A DNA stretch of 64,000 bases from Candidatus Bathyarchaeota archaeon (GTDB lineage Archaea; Thermoproteota; Bathyarchaeia; 40CM-2-53-6), in contig CAVSBL010000002.1 in NCBI GenBank assembly GCA_963726255.1, positions 1,728,001 through 1,792,000 of the forward strand, read 5' to 3'. A program made the translations under genes and the position numbers. The first letter of the stretch is position 1, and the number at the start of each line of letters is the position of its first letter. A model generated the notes under the pieces. The model saw nothing but the letters and a program-made list of their open reading frames with translations. It searched no databases and had not been told where the DNA came from. Of this stretch, positions 55,602 to 64,000 are shown piece after piece.

Positions 55602-56813
55602 CTAGTTCACTATGCCAAGTACGTTAGCCATTCTTCGGAACGCGGTTTCCGCTCTCAATTTTGCTTCTTGGCTTACTCTCAGGCCTGCTAGGTTTCTAGC
55701 GAACGTTTTCAGGACGCCGAGGACTTTGGGCGTGTCGAAGTCGTTGTCCATGTTGCGTTTGAAGGCGTATTCAGATCTTTCGAGTAGAGCCTGCAGCTTC
55801 CTTTCGTGTTTCTGGGTGGTTGTTGGTTGGGCTGCCATGAAAGTTTGAAGAGCATTGTTTATCGCGGTTAGTTCGCGTGTAGCCTTTCTGAGCCCGTTTG
55901 CCGAGAGGATCATCGGTTGCCGGTAGTGGAATGAGGCAAAGTAAAATCTCAGTGTGGGGACGCCGTATTCTTTGATGGCCTCGCGTATGCGGACCACGTT
56001 GCCCAGTGATTTGCTCATTTTTCGCCCCTCCACACTCAACAAGCCTGTGTGGAGCCAGTACCGTACGAAGGGCGCTTTGCCCGTCAACGCTTCCGCTTGT
56101 GCTATCTCTGCTTCGTGGTGTGGGAAGATGAGTTCTGAGGCGCCACCATGCATGTCATAAGTGTCCCCGAAATGGGCAATTGAGACGGCCGTATCCTCAA
56201 TGTGCCAACCGGGCCGGCCAGAACCCCAGGGCGAATGCCAACGCTGCCCCTTGTCGTATTTCCTCCACAACGAGAAATCTTCGGGGTTGCGCTTCGAGGA
56301 GCACAATTCAAGCCTCCTCAACCCAAGCTCGTCATGGCTCAGCCCGGAGAGTTCGCCGAAACTTGGAAACTTCCCTACCTCAAAATATACTCCAGTCTCA
56401 GTCTCGTACGCTACCCCTTTGCCAACCAAGCCTTCAACTTGCGCGATCATCTGTGGAATGTAGTCGGAAGCTCTCTCGTAACGGTCAACGCTAGTTATCC
56501 CTAAGCTTTGCATATCTTCCAAGAAGGCTGCTTGGTACTGGTGGGCCAATTTGAATGGGTCCCGTTTGAGTTCCTCCGCCCGCTCCACAATCCGCTCCGC
56601 CACATCCGTCACGTTCATGATGTAATGTACATGGTAGCCTGAGAACTTCAGGTAACGGGCGATTATGTCGAAGGCGAGAAATGTCCTCGCATGCCCAAGG
56701 TGAAGGTAATCATAGACCGTAGGTCCGCAAACGAATAGCTTCACTTCGCCGCCTGGGGAGGGCGTGAAGAGCTCTTTGCGGCGGGAGAGGGAGTTGTACA
56801 CTCTAAGAGGCAT
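55602..56813 (-). CDS. cysS: cysteinyl-tRNA synthetase homolog lacking the C-terminal anticodon-binding domain
   Basis: CGPTVY, HLGH, GRPGWHIED, FPHHE, KMSKS, MDNDFDTP; ends at 403 aa. Confidence 0.8.
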   Translation of the reverse strand: MPLRVYNSLSRRKELFTPSPGGEVKLFVCGPTVYDYLHLGHARTFLAFDIIARYLKFSGYHVHYIMNVTDVAERIVERAEELKRDPFKLAHQYQAAFLEDMQSLGITSVDRYERASDYIPQMIAQVEGLVGKGVAYETETGVYFEVGKFPSFGELSGLSHDELGLRRLELCSSKRNPEDFSLWRKYDKGQRWHSPWGSGRPGWHIEDTAVSIAHFGDTYDMHGGASELIFPHHEAEIAQAEALTGKAPFVRYWLHTGLLSVEGRKMSKSLGNVVRIREAIKEYGVPTLRFYFASFHYRQPMILSANGLRKATRELTAINNALQTFMAAQPTTTQKHERKLQALLERSEYAFKRNMDNDFDTPKVLGVLKTFARNLAGLRVSQEAKLRAETAFRRMANVLGIVN

Positions 56814-57050
56814 CTATGCCGACCTTCCTTTCCTTTGCACCTGTTGGGCGCCCATGTTAACTGCTCGCCGCACCACGCTGCTCAGTAGCCCGCCAGAACC
56901 TAGTAAATACCTCTATGACGCAGCTTCGCGTAACCAGTCGCAAAGCCGCGTTAACCGTCGCTCAGACAGCCATGTAATTCGTTAACGAAATGCTTCATAG
57001 TATGTTCGTTGGCGTCCGCTTGTCATGCTCTGGAAACCTTATCGTTGATA

Positions 57051-57068
57051 GAGGGTTAATTGACCCTC
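57051..57068. promoter_or_regulatory. 18-bp inverted repeat (hairpin or operator)
   Basis: GAGGGTTAATTGACCCTC, between the RHH-like gene's 3' end and the cysS upstream region. Confidence 0.3.
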
Positions 57069-57105
57069 AAATTCGAACGGTGCCTTGAACTATCTAGATT
57101 CTTGG

Positions 57106-57336
57106 CTAGACGCGGGGTTTCTTCGGTTGAACGATGTAGTAATTTTCGTCCACATCGATTTCCAAGTCAGGTACGAAGGATAGGATGAACTCGACCAATT
57201 CATCCATGCTGCGTTTACGCTTCTCTTTCAACTGGAGAAAACCTTGGAGGCTTATCAACCGCTCGTACATGTCAGAGCTAATTTTGACGCTGCGGCTTAA
57301 CCGTCGTTTCTTGCTCGGCTCGAATGTCTTTGACAC
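57106..57336 (-). CDS. small ribbon-helix-helix-like DNA-binding protein
   Basis: RSVKISSDMYERL...SMDELVEFIL pattern. Confidence 0.65.
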   Translation of the reverse strand: MSKTFEPSKKRRLSRSVKISSDMYERLISLQGFLQLKEKRKRSMDELVEFILSFVPDLEIDVDENYYIVQPKKPRV

Positions 57337-57465
57337 TACTTCTCCCTAGTGGAAATGTAGAACATTCGGCCCTTTTTATTTTTTCTCCAACCCACGTTAT
57401 ATACGGGTGCGACCCACACCGACCACGAATTGATGTTATACAGGGAATTCTGGAGGTGAGTTGAA

Positions 57466-57552
57466 ATGGCGAAGAAGCGCAAGGTCAAGATGAAGCTTGC
57501 AGAAAGTGGTCACGTTAAATCTGAGACCGGTCAAACCGAATACGTAGCGTAA
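57466..57552 (+). CDS. 28-aa peptide (not in ORF track)
   Basis: GGAGGTGA 6 nt before ATG; MAKKRKVKMKLAESGHVKSETGQTEYVA*; TTATATA upstream; T-rich terminator downstream. Confidence 0.7.
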   Translation: MAKKRKVKMKLAESGHVKSETGQTEYVA

Positions 57553-57598
57553 ATCCGCATGAGCGGGTTGAGCTAGTTCCGGTAGGAACTGGTCCATA

Positions 57599-57646
57599 TT
57601 CTTTTTCTTTCTTTATATTTTTCAATTTAGTTCTTCTTCCGTTTTG
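57599..57646 (+). terminator. long T-rich archaeal terminator after the peptide gene
   Basis: TTCTTTTTCTTTCTTTATATTTTTCAATTT... Confidence 0.6.
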
Positions 57647-57735
57647 ATTGCTGCGGTAGCTCTTCGGCTAGCCCGCACGGATAGAGTCTTAAGCTAATTC
57701 ACGGATACATAGGCGAACACGCGAGTGTTCGTCTT

Positions 57736-58506
57736 ATGCTGGGATTGGTTGAAGGTCGGACAGCTCAGGCTGTGCTGCTAATCATTGTGCTGGCAGCGAT
57801 TTACGAACTATCAAGATTTGCTTCGAAAAGGAAGTTGAAGACGCGTGGAATCCCTGGCCTGGAAAGAATCGACGAGTGGATTAAAGAAGCGGCAAAAATG
57901 GGCCGAAGCGTCTTCTACACGCCAGGGACAGGGAGCATCGCGTCGCCGGACACCTTAGCCGCATTAACCCTCTTAGAGTACGTGGCGGAACATTGCGTTG
58001 AGCATGATGCCCGCCTGCTCGTTGGAACCGCGGACGTGAACGTGCAGCAGGTTGCAGAAGACATCGTGAAGACCGCGTATACTAAGGCGGGTAAAGCGAA
58101 GGAGTTCATGGCCGATACCGTTCGGTATCTATCGGCTAGGCAATTTGCGTTCGCGGCCGGTGTAATGGGAATACTCCGGAGGGAGAAACCTGCCGTTAAT
58201 TTCTTCGTAGGCGACTTCTCGGCTGAGGCGCTGGAGATTGCCGAAGCAGGCCGAACCGAAGCATTCGCCCAGTTCGGCGGAACTTCCAACGTGGACCAAT
58301 TACCCTTCTTCATGGCAACATGTGACCAGACCCTAATTGGCGAAGAGCTGTATACGGCCCAAGGCTACCTCTCCACTGACCCAGAAGCAATCTCAACCCT
58401 CGTTGGGCCAGACGCAGGTAAATTCCTCGCAATCCTCCTAATTCTATTGGGAGCTTTGTTCATCACCTTCGGCAACTCGGTACTCATCGATTTGTTACAG
58501 CTTTGA
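57736..58506 (+). CDS. DUF6754-like membrane protein
   Basis: IPGLERIDE, MGRSVFYTPG, QFAFAAGV, EKPAVNFFVG, QLPFF...CDQTLIGEELY; terminal TMs. Confidence 0.75.
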   Translation: MLGLVEGRTAQAVLLIIVLAAIYELSRFASKRKLKTRGIPGLERIDEWIKEAAKMGRSVFYTPGTGSIASPDTLAALTLLEYVAEHCVEHDARLLVGTADVNVQQVAEDIVKTAYTKAGKAKEFMADTVRYLSARQFAFAAGVMGILRREKPAVNFFVGDFSAEALEIAEAGRTEAFAQFGGTSNVDQLPFFMATCDQTLIGEELYTAQGYLSTDPEAISTLVGPDAGKFLAILLILLGALFITFGNSVLIDLLQL

Positions 58507-58516
58507 GGGAAGAAGA

Positions 58517-59209
58517 TTGACTTCGAGTAAACGGAAGATGACTCGGGGAGAACTAATTCTTCAGATACTAATCTTCTCGCTGGGTTTCTTCTACGCCTTC
58601 GTTTACTACGTGAATGTTTCGCAACCGATCGACTTGCAAGCAGCTTCAGACCAGCTTTTCGCGTACCTGACTGCAATGTTAACTGCAGCATTCGCCATAG
58701 GAATCATCAACCTAACGAGAGTTCACGTGAACAACGTCAGGCGAAAACGCCCTGCGTGGCGGTATAGCATCATTCTAATCGTATGCCTATACGGCATGGC
58801 CATCATCAGCATGATTTCCTCACCCTTCGCCTTAGACCCAACCGGGGCCGTCATCCCAGGCAGCCTCATAGACGCTGTGACGCCAATCTGGGAATTCCTA
58901 TACTACAAGATCCTGGTTACGATAAATTCCAGCATCTTTTCACTACTAGCCTTCTTCATCGCCTCGGCCGCCTACAGAGCCTTCAAAGCTCGAACCTTTG
59001 AGTCAACCATACTCTTGGCCGCGGGGTTGCTTGTCGTGTTAGGACAGGCGCCTATCATGGATTTAGTTTGGCCCGGGTTCGCCGCAATCCGCGCTTGGAT
59101 ACTGTCGTTTCCAAACACTGCGGGACAGAGGGGCATCTTGATTGGGGCCGCGCTGGGCATTCTCGCGTTCAGTGTTCGCAGACTGATTCGTTACCCGTGG
59201 GGAAGATGA
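58517..59209 (+). CDS. polytopic membrane protein of the DUF6754 cluster
   Basis: FSLLAFFIASAAYRAFKAR, PNTAGQRGILIGAALG. Confidence 0.8.
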   Translation: MTSSKRKMTRGELILQILIFSLGFFYAFVYYVNVSQPIDLQAASDQLFAYLTAMLTAAFAIGIINLTRVHVNNVRRKRPAWRYSIILIVCLYGMAIISMISSPFALDPTGAVIPGSLIDAVTPIWEFLYYKILVTINSSIFSLLAFFIASAAYRAFKARTFESTILLAAGLLVVLGQAPIMDLVWPGFAAIRAWILSFPNTAGQRGILIGAALGILAFSVRRLIRYPWGR

Positions 59210-60036
59210 GCATGTCAAACTTACGATCCGACCCTAGGCTCATCTACCTGCTGTTGGCTTTGGTAGTTACCGTACCAATACTCACGCATTCCATGATCCC
59301 AGTTCCTGTAACCTCAACGACGCAAGCATTGTACGACTTCATACAAAAACTGCCCGCCAACAGCCTCGTGGTCCTCAGCTTCGATTATTCGACGAGCGTC
59401 GTTCCTGAACTCCACCCTCAAGCCATAGTGGTAACGCAGCAGCTCTTCATGCGGCCGCTGAAGATTCTCTTCGTAGCACAATGGACCGACGGACCAGCCT
59501 TAGCCGACGCGGTTCTAGATGCAGTCGATAAAGGAAACAAAACCTATGGCGTCGATTACGCAACGTTAGGATATATTCCAAACTCGGCCACACTTCTCGG
59601 CATGACCACCGATATACGCCAATTCTTCCCCGTTGACACGCATGGCAACCCAACGGATGCGCTCCCGATAATCAAGGAATTTCCAGCCGCCAAACAAGCC
59701 GCGCTCGTCATCACCTTCGCAGCCGGTGAGCCGGGACTGTCGCAATACCTACAATATTGGCAAGCCCGTTTCAACATACCTGTAGCAGTCGGCGCCACTG
59801 CCTCCTCCGCTCCGGGTTACCTTCCGTTCTATAGTTCCGGCCAGCTCGTTGGGATCCTGGTCAGCATACGGGGAGCTGCGGAATATGAGATTCTCATTCA
59901 TAGAATAGGAATAAGTGGTGCGACCTCCGCCATGGTCGCCCAGTCAGCTGCACACCTTCTGATCTTTGCCATGGTAGTATTCGGCAATGTCGCCTACTTC
60001 GTCGCGAGGGGCAGAAGGAAGGACGGTGCGGAGTAA
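59206..60036 (+). CDS. membrane protein with alpha/beta soluble domain, DUF6754 cluster
   Basis: ATGA overlap at 59206; SFDY...PELHP, YGVDY, GQLVG, GAAEYE, QSAAH, GNVAY. Confidence 0.8.
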   Translation: MSMSNLRSDPRLIYLLLALVVTVPILTHSMIPVPVTSTTQALYDFIQKLPANSLVVLSFDYSTSVVPELHPQAIVVTQQLFMRPLKILFVAQWTDGPALADAVLDAVDKGNKTYGVDYATLGYIPNSATLLGMTTDIRQFFPVDTHGNPTDALPIIKEFPAAKQAALVITFAAGEPGLSQYLQYWQARFNIPVAVGATASSAPGYLPFYSSGQLVGILVSIRGAAEYEILIHRIGISGATSAMVAQSAAHLLIFAMVVFGNVAYFVARGRRKDGAE

Positions 60037-60804
60037 ATGGTAAACATAATCGACGTCATCGGCATTTGGGCAGCCGTCTTCGTAACGCTGATGGTCCTTA
60101 GCTTCCTGTACAAAGAGAACCCTTTCTTCCGCCTAACAGAATATGTTTTCATCGGTTTGAGTAGTGGGTATGGGTTCGCCGCGGCGCTGCGCCTCTTCAT
60201 CAACCAAGCCTTGAACCCCATCTTCATAGATGGAAGCCTAGCATTCATAATCCCCCTCGTCTTAGGCGCGTTATTCTACACTCAATTCACGAAGAAATAC
60301 TCCCTGTTCTACCGCCTTCCGTTAAGTCTGGCCATCGGCTACGGTTTGGGTGTAACTATCTGGAGCGTTATGGACGCGTACTTCGTCAGGCAAGTAAGCG
60401 CCACGATGCTTCCGCTCTTCACTGGCGACCTAATGACCACTGTCGACAACCTGGTTCTAGTCGTAGGCACCATCCTCTCCCTATCGTACTTCATCTTATC
60501 GCGCGAACAGAAAGGGGGTTGGGGGACCATAACGAGAATCGGGAAATACTTCGTCCTCATCACGCTTGGCGCAGTTTTCGGCAGCACGGTCTTAGGAAGA
60601 ATGCAAATCATAATTCAGCGAATTCAGTTCCTAACCGGCGACCCAGCCTTTCCTTGGCTCGCACTAAAAATGGGCACGGCGCAAGCGGGCAGCTACGCCC
60701 CCCTCGCAATCCTAGTATTTCTGCCAGTCTTCGGGTTCTACCTATATCGGGAACGCAAGGGCAAACCTAACAGCACATCCAAAGCGGGACGCGCTAGGGC
60801 TTAG
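60037..60804 (+). CDS. polytopic membrane protein of the DUF6754 cluster
   Basis: SFLYKENPFFRLTEYVFIG, GAVFGSTVLGR; starts immediately after the preceding stop. Confidence 0.8.
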   Translation: MVNIIDVIGIWAAVFVTLMVLSFLYKENPFFRLTEYVFIGLSSGYGFAAALRLFINQALNPIFIDGSLAFIIPLVLGALFYTQFTKKYSLFYRLPLSLAIGYGLGVTIWSVMDAYFVRQVSATMLPLFTGDLMTTVDNLVLVVGTILSLSYFILSREQKGGWGTITRIGKYFVLITLGAVFGSTVLGRMQIIIQRIQFLTGDPAFPWLALKMGTAQAGSYAPLAILVFLPVFGFYLYRERKGKPNSTSKAGRARA

Positions 60805-61072
60805 GTTTCGACAACGCCTCTATTCGCTCTATGATCCTGCCGACGTTCTCTTTCTTCATGAATAACCCAGTGTACTTTGGGCCTTCCAGTTCGAATAGCC
60901 ACTGAAGTGGGCCTAGGGCAACGATTGCAAGTTGGGACGCGATGAAAGAGAGGGGTCGCGTGACCTCTAGGAACATGATTGCGGGTGCTTCAAGCCCCTT
61001 GTCCACAACGAGTTTGGCAATATTGTCGATTAGCTTCCGTTCTTCTTCCTCGGTCAAATCGAACTCAGACAA
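60794..61072 (-). CDS. small conserved-looking hypothetical protein
   Basis: PAIMFLEVTRPLSFIASQ amphipathic motif. Confidence 0.75.
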   Translation of the reverse strand: MSEFDLTEEEERKLIDNIAKLVVDKGLEAPAIMFLEVTRPLSFIASQLAIVALGPLQWLFELEGPKYTGLFMKKENVGRIIERIEALSKPKP

Positions 61073-61095
61073 GACTGGCTAATCATCTTCTAGGC

Positions 61096-61881
61096 TCAGA
61101 CGGAGCGGAAGACTGTTTCCTCTGGGTAGACTTCGATGCCCTCGGCGGTTATCCTGTAGGGACACAACCTATCAGTGTGCTTAGCCCCACGCATCTTCCT
61201 GACCTCCAGCGCTTTCACGTTCGATTCTTCGACCCTGTACATGTGAAGAACAATAACCCCCTGCGCCAGAAAGGCCTCCGCACCGAACCTCGTCATATCC
61301 TGCCTATCTTCAGGATTCTCGGCTAGCATTATCGTTGTTAGGTCCATCTCAGTTAGCTCTTTGATTAGGCGTAGGGTCTGCTGGCGTATCTCGAAATCGT
61401 CCCTGTATTGCAAGGTGAGCGCTGAGATCGAGTCAATAACGCACCGCTTCGCGTTCACCTTTTTCTTAACTTCCTTGATTGCGTTTATCACGTCATCAAT
61501 CTTGAATTTCTCAGCACCCAAGAAATTCTGCCCAAGCGAAGGCGGCACGAAAGTGGTGGCTTTAGCCTCACGCTTGATTGGTGAAACATCAACGTAGGCG
61601 AACGTGCCTTGCTTCTCCGCGTCGGCAACATTCCACCCATACCGCTGAGAATTAGTCGTAATAGAGTAAGGCGGTTCATCGAACGTTACGTACATCCCAT
61701 TTTCTCCGTAATCGGTGAGCCCCTTGTACAGGTATTGTACTCCGAAGGTTGTCTTACCGGTCCCGGGTCCCCCAAGCAGCAGGAACCCGTACCCTCTCGG
61801 CAGGCCACCTTCGATAAGTTCGTCCAATCCCTTAATTCCGGTCTTAACTCTCTCACTCACACTCATTATGGAAGACTCCAT
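61096..61881 (-). CDS. KaiC-like/RAD55 ATPase with intact motifs
   Basis: TGIKGLDELIEGG, GGPGTGKT, VIDSIS, KMRG. Confidence 0.93.
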   Translation of the reverse strand: MESSIMSVSERVKTGIKGLDELIEGGLPRGYGFLLLGGPGTGKTTFGVQYLYKGLTDYGENGMYVTFDEPPYSITTNSQRYGWNVADAEKQGTFAYVDVSPIKREAKATTFVPPSLGQNFLGAEKFKIDDVINAIKEVKKKVNAKRCVIDSISALTLQYRDDFEIRQQTLRLIKELTEMDLTTIMLAENPEDRQDMTRFGAEAFLAQGVIVLHMYRVEESNVKALEVRKMRGAKHTDRLCPYRITAEGIEVYPEETVFRSV

Positions 61882-62006
61882 TCAACTTTCAGTGGCACAT
61901 GTGCTACGTTCGTTATGTGTTTACTCCACTAGGTTCCATCCTGGCCAAATAAACAGCACTATCGGTAAGTTCTTCAGTTCATTCGCTGAAGTTTCATGAA
62001 ACAAAC

Positions 62007-63515
62007 TTGAGGTTCGAGACTGTGGAGCACCTGCAACGCCTCGTTCAGGAACTAGCGTTGGCAGGATACCAGCTCGACCGTTCAGCATTCGACTATATCA
62101 GGTCACTAAACGAACCTGATGCGACAAGATTCGCCAAGAACCTTCTCGTAAAGATTGGAGAAACGCCTGAAGCGGGGCGGATTCTTACAAAGCAAGAATT
62201 GTTGGAACTCACCAAGAGCCCGCAGGCTCCCTTAACGCCTGCGTCGGTCTCAGTGACCATTCCGGCAAAACAGATCTCCTCGCGATTAGAAATTCTACGG
62301 GATCCGTCGAAAGAAAGCGGGACCGGGGGCAGCATCGACGACTTCTCACACTACTTTCGCGATAGATTTCACAAATTAACATCAGCCCTTCATGAACGAT
62401 ACGACACAAGGGACGCAACAAACATAGCCGACGCCCTAACCGCCGAGCAAAACAAGAAGGTGAAGTTCATTGCGATGGTTATGGAGAAGCGTGAGAGGCA
62501 GAGGAAGCTTTTCCTACAAATCGACGACCTAGAGGACGCCGCCACAGTCCTTGTTCAGCCGGAAGACCGAGCCGCATACGAAGTAGCGCAGAAGGTTCCG
62601 CTCGATCAGGTGATCTGCGTTTCCGGCGTACGCGCGAAGGGCGACCTGATTGTTGCAAAGGAGATCATGCTTCCCGACATACCCGACCACAAACCACACT
62701 TGGCTGATGAAGAGGTTTGGGCCGTACTCATCTCAGACATACACGCTGGCAGCAAGAAATTCCTCGGGGTTCAACTGGCCAGGGCGTTCGATTGGTTGAA
62801 CCTGAAGGTTGGCGGCCCGGAACAAAGAGCAATCGCTGAACGAACGAAATACCTAGTCATCTGCGGCGATATTGTTGACGGTATCGGAATTTACCCACGG
62901 CAAGAACAGGAATTAGCTATAGTCGACCTCTACGACCAGTACCGCGAAGCAGCAAAGTACGTGGGCATGATACCTGAACACATCGAGATGGTTGTGCTCC
63001 CGGGCAACCACGACCCAGTCAGGCAGGCGCTACCACAACCACCCATACCGAAAGATTTTGGAGAACCACTCTACGAATCGCGCGAATTCAAGTCCCTAGG
63101 TAACCCTGCCGAGGTCTCAATGCACGGGGTTAGGCTTCTCCTTCACCACGGCCGCAGCCTCGACGACATAATCACAAGCGTACCCAACATAGACTTCACC
63201 CAACCCGAAAAGGCGATGAGGCTTCAACTGCAATGCCGACACCTCGCCTCTGAGTATGGGAACAGAACCTCACTAGCCCCTGAGAAATCCGACCACTTAA
63301 TCATCGAAGACATCCCCGACATATTCCAGTCAGGGCACGTACACGTCGTGAAATACGAAAACTACAGGGGCACACAAATCATAAACTCCGGCGCCTGGCA
63401 AGCGCAAACCGACTACCAACGACGAGTCGGCTTGATTCCGACACCTGGAATACTGACCGCCGTAAACTTGCAAACCCTTCAAGTTCGTTTAATCAACTTC
63501 ATGGACACGAGCTAA
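62007..63515 (+). CDS. polB: DNA polymerase D small (proofreading exonuclease) subunit DP1
   Basis: YFRDRF, OB fold, SDIHAGS, GDIVDGIGIYP, GNHD, HGRS, GHVH, WQAQT. Confidence 0.95.
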   Translation: MRFETVEHLQRLVQELALAGYQLDRSAFDYIRSLNEPDATRFAKNLLVKIGETPEAGRILTKQELLELTKSPQAPLTPASVSVTIPAKQISSRLEILRDPSKESGTGGSIDDFSHYFRDRFHKLTSALHERYDTRDATNIADALTAEQNKKVKFIAMVMEKRERQRKLFLQIDDLEDAATVLVQPEDRAAYEVAQKVPLDQVICVSGVRAKGDLIVAKEIMLPDIPDHKPHLADEEVWAVLISDIHAGSKKFLGVQLARAFDWLNLKVGGPEQRAIAERTKYLVICGDIVDGIGIYPRQEQELAIVDLYDQYREAAKYVGMIPEHIEMVVLPGNHDPVRQALPQPPIPKDFGEPLYESREFKSLGNPAEVSMHGVRLLLHHGRSLDDIITSVPNIDFTQPEKAMRLQLQCRHLASEYGNRTSLAPEKSDHLIIEDIPDIFQSGHVHVVKYENYRGTQIINSGAWQAQTDYQRRVGLIPTPGILTAVNLQTLQVRLINFMDTS

Positions 63516-63571
63516 ATGGCAGAATGCTAATTGCGTGAAAGCGCCCGTTCGGAAACAGAGAGCTGGGAAAA

Positions 63572-63763
63572 TTGCCACCAAAATTGACGTTGCTATGCTC
63601 GAAATGTCGCACTTCATTTGAAAAAACTGGCTGGATTATCGGCGCGAGGGCAGGAATCGGAGGAATTCCCGGTTACGCTTGGTACTACGTCAAATGCCCT
63701 CACTGTAGCGAAAGACACTGGAACAAGCTCATTCACCTTGAAATAGGCGAACGACCGCAATAA
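63572..63763 (+). CDS. small zinc-ribbon protein
   Basis: CSKC...KCPHC. Confidence 0.65.
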   Translation: MPPKLTLLCSKCRTSFEKTGWIIGARAGIGGIPGYAWYYVKCPHCSERHWNKLIHLEIGERPQ

Positions 63764-63857
63764 ACGCACGCTAAATCAAGAACGTGCAGTATTGTTCGTC
63801 GCCCAGCTGATTTCGTACTTAGCTGCCGTGATTCTTACAACATGAGAGGAGTCGAGT

Positions 63858-64000
63858 GTGAATCAATATCTCTATAGAATTCAACCCACCCGCCTTGAAA
63901 TGGTTACGAACGGACCAACAGACGAGGAAGCCTCAATTCTTTCGGAGCATTTCAACTATCTCCAATCGCTCACAAAACAAGGCGTCGTGCTGGTTTTCGG
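63858..64000 (+). CDS. YciI-like protein, truncated by the window end
   Basis: GAGGAG RBS, GTG start; MNQYLYRIQPTRLEM...EEASILSEHFNYLQSLTKQGVVLVFG. Confidence 0.65.
   Translation, partial: MNQYLYRIQPTRLEMVTNGPTDEEASILSEHFNYLQSLTKQGVVLVF

Noticed and set aside
57466-57552. Assigning the peptide to PqqA, MftA or lasso precursor classes
   Set aside because: No ExxxY, IDGxCGVY or suitable lasso core, and no cognate maturases in the window
61096-61881. Circadian clock KaiC
   Set aside because: Single domain, lacks the Ser-Thr phosphosites at the expected position, and no kaiA or kaiB
61882-62006. Replication origin next to DP1
   Set aside because: Short intergenic region with no ORB repeats or extended AT-rich unwinding element, and no cdc6

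Overview
Archaeal chromosomal segment. It encodes the PolD small subunit, TBP, Alba, archaeal CobZ/CobY and F420-dependent enzymes, and shows frequent TTG/GTG starts and GGAGGTGA ribosome-binding sites. The gene mix best fits a TACK archaeon such as Bathyarchaeia, which is an inference. Most of the window is metabolic and accessory genes: amine/amino-acid catabolism, a split 2-oxoacid dehydrogenase/lipoate cluster, a cobamide salvage operon with CblT/CblS-like genes, an ECF transporter coupled to a class III aminotransferase, and an acr3-arsM/arsR-arsC locus. I found no CRISPR array, rRNA, intact tRNA, transposase or integrase. The strongest candidates for undescribed biology are: (1) four KaiC/RAD55-fold genes, three with a dead P-loop, one of which is fused to a signal peptide, extracellular domain and TM helix like a receptor; (2) a four-gene DUF6754 membrane operon preceded by an unannotated 28-aa peptide gene, hairpin-rich leader DNA and a divergent RHH-like regulator; (3) three degenerate tRNA-3'-end repeats with exact canonical spacing, plus an 81-bp duplicated gene tail, marking an integration hotspot at 46.5-50 kb; (4) a CysRS homolog lacking its anticodon-binding domain. 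All family assignments come from motif recognition by eye, not database searches.
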